Sequence record: MT679221.1
DNA: 64,000 nucleotides
Strand: one strand, 5' to 3'
How positions within the stretch are numbered: the first letter of the stretch is position 1; every line of letters starts with the position of its first letter. The translations under genes were made by a program, and so were the position numbers. The notes under the pieces are model-generated. The model ran no database searches. It saw only the letters and a program-made list of their open reading frames with translations, and was not told the origin of the DNA. Shown piece by piece: positions 44,866 to 55,392 of this stretch.

Positions 44866-46218
44866 ATGGGACACTGGCAAAAGCACATAACCTCGTTGGC
44901 CGACGCGAAAGCCGTGGCCTCGGAGTCCATCGGATTCCAAGATAAAAAGAAACTCGCCTCTTTGGCGGAAGTGGTACGTAAGTTCCGTGATGCGGGCGAC
45001 TTCTCGCCAGCGGGTTATCAGAGTTCTGGTATTGCTGCCTGGGTCTTTGACAACAACGGTATTACAGTCCTGCCTCGTAACGGGTCCGACCTAGGTGTGG
45101 CGGACGTTGTGTTTGCGGGTGTGGAGCCACCGAAGCTCGACGCGAACAACCCAATCATCGCCGACCTGCAACGCAAGATGGTGCAGGGCAACACCGACCT
45201 GGATGTCTACAGTAAGTTCTTAAAAGAGAACGAGCTGAACGGCGAGTTCGACGATAAAAATGCGAAGCTTTCAGGCGAACTCAGCAAGGTGCCGTCCCCA
45301 CTTTGGCTGACCCCGAAACTACTGACCGGTATCGAGTTAACGGATTTAGAAGTCGCGGCGATTATTCTACATGAAGTCGGCCACGTCTATTACTATTTCC
45401 GTACCTTGATGCGTACGGTGGTAACGAACCTGATTGCGGATGCTGCAGCGAACCGCATGATGCAAACAGAAGACCCGACAGTGCGTTTAAAAGTCGTAAA
45501 AGACGTTGAACGTATGCTGAACACCAAAGTGAATCAGCCGGAAACTATCTGCAAAGAGATGTCTAAAGAGAACATCTACATGCATCTGGTGACAGACATT
45601 CTGCTTGAGCGTCCGTTTGTTACCGGTTCGGAAGGGTTCGCTAACCGTACCTGGGAACGTGCTGCAGATGACTTCGCAGCTCGCTTTGGTGCAGCCCCGT
45701 ACCTGGCGTCAGCCTTGTACAAAATCGAAACGTCCCAATTCTATCTCTGCCGGAACGCGTCGTACATGAACTACGGTGTGCATCTGATGCTGGAGATGCT
45801 TAACGTTTCGCTGCTGATTGTGGCTTCGACTAATCCAGTTGGTCTGTTCTTCACGACTATCTCAGTCGCGTTCGGCCTGATTGTGAACGACCCACGCAAC
45901 ACCATCTACGATCCGCCGCAGGAACGTTTTGAGACGATGCGTCGTAACTTAGTGGAGGAGCTGAACACCTTAAAAGGCAGCACCACGAAAGAAGCGAACG
46001 AACATCGTAAACGTATTCTGCAGGGCATTGCGTCTATCGACGAACTACTGAAAACCGTGAAAGACAAAGACAACGTCTTTAGCTTCATCATGAAAACGCT
46101 GACCCCTGGCGGTCGCCGTGAGCGTGCTGGGGTGGATTATCAGCGTACGATGGAGCGCTATCTTTCTAATGACCTGCGTGTGGCTTCTGCGAAGCTTAGT
46201 CAGGCGACTTCTTCCTAA
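44866..46218 (+). CDS. Head/ejection protein with zincin HEXXH motif (SPN3US gp45-like)
   Basis: IILHEVGH, downstream ERAADDF, hydrophobic hairpin, N-terminal AVASES AxE site; late-type TATG at 44810. Confidence 0.7.
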   Translation: MGHWQKHITSLADAKAVASESIGFQDKKKLASLAEVVRKFRDAGDFSPAGYQSSGIAAWVFDNNGITVLPRNGSDLGVADVVFAGVEPPKLDANNPIIADLQRKMVQGNTDLDVYSKFLKENELNGEFDDKNAKLSGELSKVPSPLWLTPKLLTGIELTDLEVAAIILHEVGHVYYYFRTLMRTVVTNLIADAAANRMMQTEDPTVRLKVVKDVERMLNTKVNQPETICKEMSKENIYMHLVTDILLERPFVTGSEGFANRTWERAADDFAARFGAAPYLASALYKIETSQFYLCRNASYMNYGVHLMLEMLNVSLLIVASTNPVGLFFTTISVAFGLIVNDPRNTIYDPPQERFETMRRNLVEELNTLKGSTTKEANEHRKRILQGIASIDELLKTVKDKDNVFSFIMKTLTPGGRRERAGVDYQRTMERYLSNDLRVASAKLSQATSS

Positions 46219-46233
46219 GTAAGGGTACTTAAC

Positions 46234-46677
46234 ATGACGCATAAAGTTTCTTTAAATAACCTGGTACTGGATTTCAAACGTACCAACGAAGGGAAAGGCG
46301 TACACGCCCAGCGTGCTTTGACCGGCCTGGTTGCTTTCTCACTGGCGTATAACGCGGTACTGGCTGATAATGGCCAATATGGCGCTGCAGAGGCCGCTGG
46401 GACGTTTTTACGTCCGGTAATGCGTAATATCGTCTCTGACGTTAACGAGCTGTACTGTGTTGATTTAGGCGTGATTGAGGACATGACCGTGGGTCTGTAC
46501 TGCAATCGTTACTGCAACGTGTATGGCGGCGCTAAAGCCCTGGAAAGTTTCTCTGTTCGTGAAATCTTCAACCAGGCGCTCGGTGAAGATATCTGGGAAA
46601 CCGTCGGTCTGTGGATTAGCCGCTTTATGGAAGTGGTTGGTTTCTACATGGCAGAACTGAAAGGGCAAATTTCATGA
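46234..46677 (+). CDS. Probable head protein
   Basis: 147 aa; AAGGG RBS; in the late head operon; ALES site. Confidence 0.65.
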   Translation: MTHKVSLNNLVLDFKRTNEGKGVHAQRALTGLVAFSLAYNAVLADNGQYGAAEAAGTFLRPVMRNIVSDVNELYCVDLGVIEDMTVGLYCNRYCNVYGGAKALESFSVREIFNQALGEDIWETVGLWISRFMEVVGFYMAELKGQIS

Positions 46678-48407
46678 GCATGGAAATGACAGGTAACGCC
46701 ACCCACCCCAAATGGCGTTTGGGGGAGATCGGTGAAGTCCTGCGTTCACGTATGGCCGAGCGTATTGATTCTGTCAACCAGCTCAATCTGTACATGCAAC
46801 GCAACGAAGCTGACTTAATCTACGGCTCTCGACTGATTCTGCAAATTGACGCGATTCTTGACGAAGTGCGTCGCGCAGGTCTGTCGAAAGATGTCGCTGT
46901 CGCTGTTGAATCTTCTCGCCCAGGTACAATTCCCGAAGCCGTTCGCAAAATCCTGACCTCGAACTATACCCGCACGCACCAGAAAGAGACTATTGTTGCG
47001 CTCGAATCCTGGGCAAATGCAGGTAAAGTGGGATTGGTTGTGCTGATCATGACCGCGATTATCAAAATCATCGGTTGGATTATCAGCAACGGTAACGGGT
47101 TTGCTGGTAATGGCGAATTCGACGGCGAAGGTTACGCTGAGAAAGTCGGCGAAAAAGCAGAGAGTTTCTCCCAGACCGAAAATACTATCATCGGTCAGCT
47201 GAAAATCAGCGCAGTGAAAGATGCATACATCGAAGCCTCTAAGGGTCTGAAAGGTCGTGACCTGGAAAACCTGAACTTGGCTATCGCGATGGCCGACGAA
47301 GTGTTTACGAACATGAACGCGGAAGAGTATCTGAACGACTTGAGCAGCGCGCTGGGTCGTTCGCCGTTCACTGAGTTGTTCAAAGGCTACACTAAGAAAC
47401 GTCAGTCAAGCCAGCAGGTTATTCACGATCTGTTAGATACCCTGTTACAACACAACGTGACGTACGGTATCTACCCGATTGAAGTGGGTAAGAAAGCCTG
47501 GCAGGCGTTACCGAAGTCTGCTCGCGAAGCCGGTGTGCGTATTCCGAACCTGTTGAACTTCCATCAGATGTCGAATGTTGCCAGCGAACTTATCGGTTAC
47601 TTTGGCTCGCTCCAGAGTGCCTTTAAAGCGATGATCGACCCAAGCGTCGCCGAAGGTTTTAAGAATCAGCAAGGTTCAACCACCACGCACAACGGTAAGC
47701 AAGTTAACAAAGCAGCACACGACACCGCGCTTATTTTCGGTCAGGCGTTAGCGCAGCTGAACACCACGATGAACTTCATCATCAGCGACGTTTCCCGCAA
47801 AGGATTCGAATACGCTACTGCACCATTGGTCGTTATCCCAGAAAACAAAGTTCGTGGTTTAGTGGGTCATGACGATGGTGTGGACTTCGTGCCTGGTAAG
47901 GTATTGGTTAACGCACAAGCATCGGCGTTCCTGGGACGTGAGTGCTTAGAGCAAATGCGTCAGGCCGGCACGTTATCGGTTGGTGACGAACGTGAGTTGC
48001 TGGCTGTAGTGGTAACGTTAGGTAAACAAGGCTTTACCAACGACACCGCTGCGACTAACCTGAACCGTTACAGTGCACTGGACAAAGCAGTGAACAACAC
48101 GATTAAAGTGTTGGAACAGTTCCAGAAAGCAACCAAGGATAACGTTGAATACGTTAACCTGATTAGCGAAGTCATCATGAATGAGCTTAATCAGCCTTCT
48201 GGCCTGCGTACCGACGGTCGTGAACTCTCGATGGTGTTATTCTCCCCAGACGGGGATGAAGACCTCTTCGTCGGCTTGCGTCGTAACCTGTCGTTGGTGC
48301 GCCGTTGTTGCGGTGCTGCCGCTACACTGCAGACGATACTGAACCTGGCCAAACGTAACCCGTTGGTGAAAGGCAATAATCGCAAAAACATGCTTGACGG
48401 CGAATAA
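46674..48407 (+). CDS. Probable head/ejection protein (SPN3US gp47-like)
   Basis: 577 aa; AVES and ALES sites followed by hydrophobic VGLVVLIMTAIIKIIGWII. Confidence 0.7.
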   Translation: MSMEMTGNATHPKWRLGEIGEVLRSRMAERIDSVNQLNLYMQRNEADLIYGSRLILQIDAILDEVRRAGLSKDVAVAVESSRPGTIPEAVRKILTSNYTRTHQKETIVALESWANAGKVGLVVLIMTAIIKIIGWIISNGNGFAGNGEFDGEGYAEKVGEKAESFSQTENTIIGQLKISAVKDAYIEASKGLKGRDLENLNLAIAMADEVFTNMNAEEYLNDLSSALGRSPFTELFKGYTKKRQSSQQVIHDLLDTLLQHNVTYGIYPIEVGKKAWQALPKSAREAGVRIPNLLNFHQMSNVASELIGYFGSLQSAFKAMIDPSVAEGFKNQQGSTTTHNGKQVNKAAHDTALIFGQALAQLNTTMNFIISDVSRKGFEYATAPLVVIPENKVRGLVGHDDGVDFVPGKVLVNAQASAFLGRECLEQMRQAGTLSVGDERELLAVVVTLGKQGFTNDTAATNLNRYSALDKAVNNTIKVLEQFQKATKDNVEYVNLISEVIMNELNQPSGLRTDGRELSMVLFSPDGDEDLFVGLRRNLSLVRRCCGAAATLQTILNLAKRNPLVKGNNRKNMLDGE

Positions 48408-48458
48408 AATAAAAGGCTACCCTCTCCTTCGGGAGAGGGTAGTGCTTTTTATTCTTTT
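48406..48458. terminator. Bidirectional terminator
   Basis: CTACCCTCTCC-TTCG-GGAGAGGGTAG with A and T tracts. Confidence 0.88.
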
Positions 48459-51409
48459 TCGGTATCGTGACGGTTGTACGACAGTACGATGTCATCTTTC
48501 AAACCGATGTCGCCATTGGCTTCGATATCGAGCTTCTTACCAATCGTGGCACGAGCCGCTTCGGTAATGACAGTGAACAGTCGCAGGTCTTTATCTGGCC
48601 CCATGTCGTCGAGTTCAACACCGATAATGGCATCGTTAAGCGTATTGCGTAACGCATTACCGATCTCGGTTGCTGAAACGGTCAGATGTGTTGACAGATA
48701 GTCGTTAATGACTTGCGAAGTCCGTTTCCGGATTTGTGCCAGAAGCTCGCTGTTTGCACGGTTCGCTGCAGTGAGGTAATACTTGACAGTGAACTGGTTT
48801 TCAGCAGGCAACGGTGACACAACCCCGTCTTCGGTACGTACATCGATATAACCCATCGTGGTGATAGGAACAAAGAAGCCTTCAGTTTGCTCCAACAGCA
48901 GCGGTTTCAGATTAGGCAGTACCACCGTAACGTAGTTGATGATATTGTCAATCACATTATCAAGGTACGCTTTAACCGCTTTCGAGGTTGCGAACTTATA
49001 ACGGGCATCGAAGACAGCCATTTCACTACGGAACTTAATACTGCGCGGCTTCGCAATAATAGGCTGACCGTTCCCGTCGAAGATTTGTTCCCCAACGTGG
49101 TGTGCGATTTCTTGCTCACCGGTGGCCGGGTCTATTTTCGGATCGCCTTTGCGATGCAGATACGTGATTTGCAACGGTGGAACAGCATCAGGGTCGTACG
49201 TGTACTCAGGCGTTACGCCATCGTCTTTGGTTTTAATAACATCCTTTTCCCAATACGCCAGAACGTCCTCCTGGTAGTATTCGTAGTTGATGCTGTCCGT
49301 TACTGCACGTGCTTTTCGCCAGTAATAGGACATGGCTTTACCCAGCTCGATTTTGAAAATCTCATGAGTAATCCCAATACCATCACGCGCAGGTGGTACA
49401 ATCATTGTATCCATTTCAGCACGTTCGTAATTACCGGGGTAGTAACCCGTACAGCCGTAGAACACGTTATACTCGGTTAACAACGGTGCAGGTGTGTCCA
49501 CATCCACTTCGGTGGTGATTCGGGTGTTGTTGATAATCAGCTCATCGTTACGGTCAACGTCGAGATTGGTTTTCAACAAGAATTCCCATACACGCTCCGA
49601 ACCTTGACGACCCACTAAGGTGCCGTTGATGTACGCCAGCTTACCGTCTGCGTTGCGTGGCGAGAAGGAAATCTGCGCAAAGACTTGGTCATCACTTAAC
49701 GCCTGGTATGGCGGTTCTGATTTAGTCACAGTGCGCAGGATATAACCTTCGGCCGTTTTCTCAATCTGATAATCTGCAGTGACAACACTCAGCTCCGTTG
49801 TCACGTTGGTGCTAACGAAACGTTTTGAGTTCAACTGCGGCTTATCGAGTTGGTAAATACGAACATCGCAAGATTTGTTGTTAATGTCCACCACGTAATG
49901 GAACGGCGTGAACAGGTAACGGTTAGTGTTACCCGCGTTAACCAAATCTTCTTTACGCATGGTCTTCGCAAGGATGGTCATCTCCGCATCGATTTGCAGA
50001 CTGGTATCCGTAAAGCGATACAGTGTATCCGGCTCAATCGTCAAACGGTTGCCGTTAATACGGACCGTCGGCAGTTTCACCAGTTCATCCCAGCTAAAGT
50101 ACAGCGGGGCGGTGATGGTCCCGATAGGGGAACTCACTTTAGATAACGTGGACTCCGGCATCGGCGCGGTCAGGAAGTAAGTACGTCCGGTTACGTAGTC
50201 GTTTGGCTTAGACAAGGTCAGGCCGTAATCCGATACTGTGGCTTCTAACTGCTTTTCCGTTACAGGCAGTTTGCGAATCCCCACTGCATTGTTTACCACA
50301 CGGTCACGCAACTCATCAAACGAAAGTTGTGTACGCCCCCCGGTGGCGTAACTGCCTTCTTCCGCAACCAGCATTTTGATGGAGAATGATTTTAACGGGT
50401 TGATGTATCCCGCGTCGTATTCACCGTTCAAGTCGCGCAATGAGAAGGTGTATTCGTCCGCCGGAAATGCAGAAACGTCGAGGTCGAGTGGCCCGATGGT
50501 CGTATATACGTCCATGCGGATTTCACCACTTACCAGGTTCTTCGCCATGTAGATAGACGGTATCGTACAGCGAATGGATTGGTTAACGACTTGAATCAGC
50601 GCCGTAGGTGTGTTTGGATCGTAAACGTCACGACTGTGCGTGTGGTGGATTTCTGTCCAGGTGTTTGAATTGGACGGTTTATTCCACACCCGTGCGTAGA
50701 AGAACTTGTTGGTGAACGTGCGCGTCATCACAAACGTGTTCTGCCCCAACAACGTATCGTTCTCGTCCTTTACACTGTACTGCATCACCGGAATACGGAT
50801 AGCCAGTATCTGCGACGGTGTGCTAGGAACACTTGTCAGTTCCCAGTCCAACGCGTTAGTGGTTACGGGCGATATCGGTGACTGGGTTTCGGTAATCCAC
50901 AAGACCTGGAAGGCTGGATTATCAACGGTACCATACGGCAGCACTCGAATTTCGATGGGATACTGTATGGCAAAGTTGTAACCTGAAACAGTAAAGACGG
51001 TATCCCGTGGAATCACGACTTTACGAATACCTGCCACGTTTAACGGCATCGCCTTCGCTAATAGAGAGTCGACATCTAGAAGCAGCAGTAAGGTCGCTTG
51101 TGATGGCTGGGCAAAAACATCGACATAATCCACGTCAGACATGTGGCGGAACAGATCATCGTGAGTTTGTGCCATAGAGGGGAACATTTTCGGAATGGTG
51201 TCCCGATCGCCCTGGATAATCGTGTGGCCCATCGTAATTCCGACTTCGGTCATGTAGACCACCGGGTCGGTCGGGTCACGTAGCAGGATTTGCCCGTCGG
51301 CGTCCTGCACGTCTTGGAGCTGGTTCAGCATTAATGACTGCATTGCTGATGGGTTATGTGCCATCAGTAGCAAGTCTTTCGATAATGCGTCGTACGTTTT
51401 CGTAGTCAT
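48449..51409 (-). CDS. Baseplate wedge protein (T4 gp6/baseplate J-like)
   Basis: 986 aa; GGRTQLSFDELRDRVVNNA..VTEKQLE resembles the GG-x-D-x-E..R..VT-x-x-D baseplate J motif. Confidence 0.65.
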   Translation of the reverse strand: MTTKTYDALSKDLLLMAHNPSAMQSLMLNQLQDVQDADGQILLRDPTDPVVYMTEVGITMGHTIIQGDRDTIPKMFPSMAQTHDDLFRHMSDVDYVDVFAQPSQATLLLLLDVDSLLAKAMPLNVAGIRKVVIPRDTVFTVSGYNFAIQYPIEIRVLPYGTVDNPAFQVLWITETQSPISPVTTNALDWELTSVPSTPSQILAIRIPVMQYSVKDENDTLLGQNTFVMTRTFTNKFFYARVWNKPSNSNTWTEIHHTHSRDVYDPNTPTALIQVVNQSIRCTIPSIYMAKNLVSGEIRMDVYTTIGPLDLDVSAFPADEYTFSLRDLNGEYDAGYINPLKSFSIKMLVAEEGSYATGGRTQLSFDELRDRVVNNAVGIRKLPVTEKQLEATVSDYGLTLSKPNDYVTGRTYFLTAPMPESTLSKVSSPIGTITAPLYFSWDELVKLPTVRINGNRLTIEPDTLYRFTDTSLQIDAEMTILAKTMRKEDLVNAGNTNRYLFTPFHYVVDINNKSCDVRIYQLDKPQLNSKRFVSTNVTTELSVVTADYQIEKTAEGYILRTVTKSEPPYQALSDDQVFAQISFSPRNADGKLAYINGTLVGRQGSERVWEFLLKTNLDVDRNDELIINNTRITTEVDVDTPAPLLTEYNVFYGCTGYYPGNYERAEMDTMIVPPARDGIGITHEIFKIELGKAMSYYWRKARAVTDSINYEYYQEDVLAYWEKDVIKTKDDGVTPEYTYDPDAVPPLQITYLHRKGDPKIDPATGEQEIAHHVGEQIFDGNGQPIIAKPRSIKFRSEMAVFDARYKFATSKAVKAYLDNVIDNIINYVTVVLPNLKPLLLEQTEGFFVPITTMGYIDVRTEDGVVSPLPAENQFTVKYYLTAANRANSELLAQIRKRTSQVINDYLSTHLTVSATEIGNALRNTLNDAIIGVELDDMGPDKDLRLFTVITEAARATIGKKLDIEANGDIGLKDDIVLSYNRHDTEKE

Positions 51410-52671
51410 TACAGTAAGCCCGCTCGTTTAAGGATGAATTGGTAATCTGCCTGATAAACATACCAGGTCAGTTTACGACGCAGGGAGTCGATGTGCGGAT
51501 AGCCGTAGTAGTTGAACAGCGGTAGTAGCTGTGGTGCAATCGGCACAAGCTGGTCTTCAGCAATCGGGATAAAGTTGCCCGCTGCAACGCTCCCTGGTTG
51601 CGGCATCATATCCGGGTTAAACATAGACACCGTCAAGTTGAACATCTCCATGTACAATGGGTCATCGAAGCGCGCCCCGATGCATTGCCAGTTGAGGTTA
51701 ATTGTGGTGTCGTCATTTAATTGAGGCTTGGTGTTATCGACATTCGCCATTTGACCGGCGTTATCGTTCATCGGCCAACAAACACACGCTGTCCAGAAAC
51801 GAGTGATGTTTCCGAGCGCGTCGTATTTGAACCCGTACATCCTCGACTGGTAGTCAATGCGACGTTGGATGGAATTACGCATCTTCGGTTTGAACTTACC
51901 CATCTTAATGCCGGACATATATTCCAGCCACACGCCCATCATTCGCATGATAGGGTTGCCGTATGGGTTGTTCAGCGACATTGACATGCTGTACTGGTTA
52001 TTGATTTCATGTGTGGAGTCAACCATACCCCACTGTTCGCGCATTAAACCTTCTTCAGACATCCAGTTATCGACAGACTGGTCAGGCATCCCCGAGAGGC
52101 TCAGCATCTGCGTACTCAGCAATGGTATGAATGCCTGAAGATTGTCAAACATAATGTCCTTCATGAATGGCGTGCCCAAACGGTTCTTTCTTCGCCCATC
52201 TTCCATCGGTGAATCAGAGAACCCCAATTCAAAATCTGGGTCTAACGCTGCCAGAATGGAATAGTCGAGTGACGATTTCGGCTGAGAAGCCATGTTCGAC
52301 ATCTTGCGCGAGTTGGCAATGTTGTCAAAGCACAAGTTGAAGTCAGGGCGGGTAATGAAGGTTAGGCCACCGTACTCACGGTTAACAGGCGTCGGGTTCG
52401 ACGCCATCATATGGTTGAACCCCATGTAGGGGTTGGTCACACGCTGCGCAGCCAGACCCAAACCTAACGTAAGACGGATACGGTCATTCCAACCCGATAA
52501 CTCATCATTAACGTTGTACGCCGTGGTGGGTTTCGCATCGGACAGTCGACGGTCAAAGTAGTCGGCGACCGATGGTACTGCATCGATATTATTCGGGTTT
52601 TGATACGAATTGTCGTAGTCGGTATTCGGGTCATACCCCGGATCGTTCTTATCGGTCTCGTTACTCATCAT
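51409..52671 (-). CDS. Virion protein, possible tail-tube-fold baseplate component
   Basis: 420 aa; coupled to the wedge gene; beta-rich pattern with NPIMRMMGVW helix (weak resemblance to gp19/gp54). Confidence 0.55.
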   Translation of the reverse strand: MMSNETDKNDPGYDPNTDYDNSYQNPNNIDAVPSVADYFDRRLSDAKPTTAYNVNDELSGWNDRIRLTLGLGLAAQRVTNPYMGFNHMMASNPTPVNREYGGLTFITRPDFNLCFDNIANSRKMSNMASQPKSSLDYSILAALDPDFELGFSDSPMEDGRRKNRLGTPFMKDIMFDNLQAFIPLLSTQMLSLSGMPDQSVDNWMSEEGLMREQWGMVDSTHEINNQYSMSMSLNNPYGNPIMRMMGVWLEYMSGIKMGKFKPKMRNSIQRRIDYQSRMYGFKYDALGNITRFWTACVCWPMNDNAGQMANVDNTKPQLNDDTTINLNWQCIGARFDDPLYMEMFNLTVSMFNPDMMPQPGSVAAGNFIPIAEDQLVPIAPQLLPLFNYYGYPHIDSLRRKLTWYVYQADYQFILKRAGLL

Positions 52672-52672
52672 T

Positions 52673-52684
52673 AACTCCGGAGTT
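52673..52684. promoter_or_regulatory. Palindromic dual ribosome-binding site between divergent genes
   Basis: AACTCCGGAGTT gives GGAG on both strands within a 22-nt gap. Confidence 0.6.
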
Positions 52685-52693
52685 TAGTTAAAA

Positions 52694-53812
52694 ATGGCAG
52701 AAAAAACATTTGAGACATCGCTCGTCTCCTTTCTTTCTAAGTTTCCCATGCTGCTTCGCCAGCGGGCGGAATCGACGGAAGAATTCAACTCTGTGCTGTA
52801 CAACGAGCACACCACGCTGGTTGAACAAAGTCTGTTGGGCTTAGATTACCTGCCAGGTATTCTGGAGAAAATCCAAATCCTGCTCGCGGGCAACCAACTT
52901 ACCGCCATCTCAATTCTGGTAGGTGTTCCTGAGGTTGATATCCTTGGTACGCTTGACCAGGTTAGCACCCGTCGTAATGCCCTCGACGCGGCTGCACGTT
53001 CGGGTTCTCGCTTAGCGTCTTTCGCAATCGGCGAGTCCTCCCGTCACGCGCTGCCGTCATACGATAAAATCGGGCTTGCGGTCGGTGAATCCCGTCGCCA
53101 GAAATCCGATAACAAAGTAGCGACTGAATCGTCCGCAGGTTCTGTGCTGCCGAACAACACGCTGAAGCTCCTGCACGATCAAGAAGGTCTGTCCAACGGT
53201 AAAGTGTTCTCTGTTACCTTCGAACGTGACGGTAATAAAGTCGAGCTGCCGATGCGTCTGCGTCTTGATGTGAAGTCTCTGCCGACCGACGAAATGAAAA
53301 CGCTCATCGCGTTCAGCGATCAAACCAAAACCTTCTGGGAACGTGTGCTGCGTGCGAAAGTCGGTTCTCTCAGCTACGCGAAAGATATCGCGCTGTGTAA
53401 TGACCTCATTGAAGAATACCGTAAGAACCGCTTCCGTGATAAGTCCGGTTATTACCGTAAGATGATGGAAAAGAAAAACGCCAACTGGCTGTCTGGCCTG
53501 CTGACGCTGAGTCCATCCATCAACAACGCGTCTTCGGTTATGGTGGTTTCTCAAGAAACTATCGACGATCTGACTGCTCAGCTGGGCGGTGACTTCGATG
53601 ATTACAATATCCGCCAGCGTGTGTTCAAAGACACCCTGACTGTTTACTACGTGGTTGTCGACCAGACCTGGAACCGTGTAACCATTTATACGCGTGGTCA
53701 GACCGGGTCTCAAGAACTCGACAAATCAGACTTTAGCAAGGCGAAGTCCGGTAGCGGCGATGTAAACAAAATCATCGATGCCTATCGCGTCGGCGCGAAT
53801 CCGGTACTGTAA
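52694..53812 (+). CDS. Head protein (SPN3US gp50-like)
   Basis: 372 aa; RAES, VATES AxE sites and repeated A(I/V)GES. Confidence 0.7.
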   Translation: MAEKTFETSLVSFLSKFPMLLRQRAESTEEFNSVLYNEHTTLVEQSLLGLDYLPGILEKIQILLAGNQLTAISILVGVPEVDILGTLDQVSTRRNALDAAARSGSRLASFAIGESSRHALPSYDKIGLAVGESRRQKSDNKVATESSAGSVLPNNTLKLLHDQEGLSNGKVFSVTFERDGNKVELPMRLRLDVKSLPTDEMKTLIAFSDQTKTFWERVLRAKVGSLSYAKDIALCNDLIEEYRKNRFRDKSGYYRKMMEKKNANWLSGLLTLSPSINNASSVMVVSQETIDDLTAQLGGDFDDYNIRQRVFKDTLTVYYVVVDQTWNRVTIYTRGQTGSQELDKSDFSKAKSGSGDVNKIIDAYRVGANPVL

Positions 53813-53822
53813 GGGGAAAAGA

Positions 53823-54755
53823 ATGCCGATTCCGAATATGTTGGCGATGTTGCTGCCGAGCTTCGAAGCCACGAACTTAAAAAACCAACTGTCATCTAAC
53901 TGCGACTCGATTGCTGCGTTAGAGCCACAGTTCCAGAACCTCCAGGAACTGGTGGGAAGTGTCCAGGGTAAGCCATTTAAAGCGAAGCCTGTTGCAGACC
54001 TTTCTACTGAAATCGTTAAGTACCTGCATAGCTCCGGTTTGGAAGTTAAAGGGTTACGTAACGCAAGTATGCTGGAGTACGTCATCGCGTCTATGCAGAA
54101 CGTACAGGCGCTGCGACCTTTCCTGGAGCAGTGTATCGACCGCGACATCGGGAAAACGTTGGTGACATCATCTCTAACGTTCAACAAACAAACCGTGTTG
54201 CAGTTGCTGGATATGATCGAATTCTTCGTCGGTTACGCTAGCACCCTGATTAACTACATCACGGCCGAAGAAATTGCCGCTGTACAAGACTCGAACATTG
54301 CAGTGAAGGGAATCGGTCCGAAAGACCTTCAGTATCTGCAAACTCGTAAGACGTCTTTCTGTATTGCGGTGCGCGTCCTGGCAACCCCCATTACCAAACT
54401 GAAAGCAGACTACGCTGAGATACCCGAAGCGGTGTTTGACGAAGAGACATATAGCCAACTGGTTCAGCAGTTCGGTTCGAACACCACTGACCCGCTGGGT
54501 ATGTCCTCCGTCCCGTTCCCGCTGTCGATCGTCTACCGCGTGCGTCTGAATATTGCAGAATGGCAAATGGATCGTTATGACGAATGCGTGGAAGCCGCGA
54601 AAGCGACTGAGCTGCGTATTCTGTTGTACAAGAAACAACAGGCTGCCGGTGAAGGGGACGTGCACATTGAGAAACTCATCGAAGCGCACGAAAAGCGCTT
54701 GATGGAACTCAAGTACAAACGTGAACGTCTGGAGAAAAAATACGGTCTGGTTTAA
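53823..54755 (+). CDS. Probable head protein
   Basis: Start reassigned to MPIPNML (AAGGGG RBS); 310 aa. Confidence 0.7.
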   Translation: MPIPNMLAMLLPSFEATNLKNQLSSNCDSIAALEPQFQNLQELVGSVQGKPFKAKPVADLSTEIVKYLHSSGLEVKGLRNASMLEYVIASMQNVQALRPFLEQCIDRDIGKTLVTSSLTFNKQTVLQLLDMIEFFVGYASTLINYITAEEIAAVQDSNIAVKGIGPKDLQYLQTRKTSFCIAVRVLATPITKLKADYAEIPEAVFDEETYSQLVQQFGSNTTDPLGMSSVPFPLSIVYRVRLNIAEWQMDRYDECVEAAKATELRILLYKKQQAAGEGDVHIEKLIEAHEKRLMELKYKRERLEKKYGLV

Positions 54756-54778
54756 GGCCGTATTATCAGGAGAGTCTC

Positions 54779-55336
54779 ATGTTTGACAATGACCAGAATT
54801 TTAACCTCGCCGAGAAGTTGATTAAAAACTACATGGCGAAACTGACCCAAAACCCCGTGCTGGTTCATGACGACGAACTGATACATGAAACCCTGGAAGC
54901 TGCAGCCGTCGTGCTGCCGTATTTCCGCATGATGGGCGCTGACTCTGTCCAACAAGTATTATATGACGAATATCCGCAGGTCGGTTTTACGTTTAATACG
55001 TTCTATAACGAAACTGCATCGTTCATACTTGACGGTAAACGCCGTACAGTGTCAACAGGACAGTGGTCCGTTCTTCTGGTATCGTACATGAACGATATCC
55101 ACTCTACTAAGCAAGTAGAGCGAACCGGTTCTCTGGGCTCACGACTTCTTGCTGCGGCTTACGGTCGTAGTGGGCAAGTTCGCCGTATGGGAACTGCGCA
55201 TCAGACGTACACGCCTGACCGGCGTCTATTATCTTATGCAGACCACGAACTGCTGGCACGTTGGTTGACACGTCCGAACGGGTTATCCGATATGATCTCG
55301 TCGTTAGCAGTGTTTTTAAAAATCGCACGTCCCTAA
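54779..55336 (+). CDS. Probable head protein
   Basis: 185 aa; AGGAG RBS. Confidence 0.65.
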   Translation: MFDNDQNFNLAEKLIKNYMAKLTQNPVLVHDDELIHETLEAAAVVLPYFRMMGADSVQQVLYDEYPQVGFTFNTFYNETASFILDGKRRTVSTGQWSVLLVSYMNDIHSTKQVERTGSLGSRLLAAAYGRSGQVRRMGTAHQTYTPDRRLLSYADHELLARWLTRPNGLSDMISSLAVFLKIARP

Positions 55337-55392
55337 GGGGGCCCCTTATCTAGGGGCGTGTAATTGGGTTATAACCAAAGGAACCGAAACAA

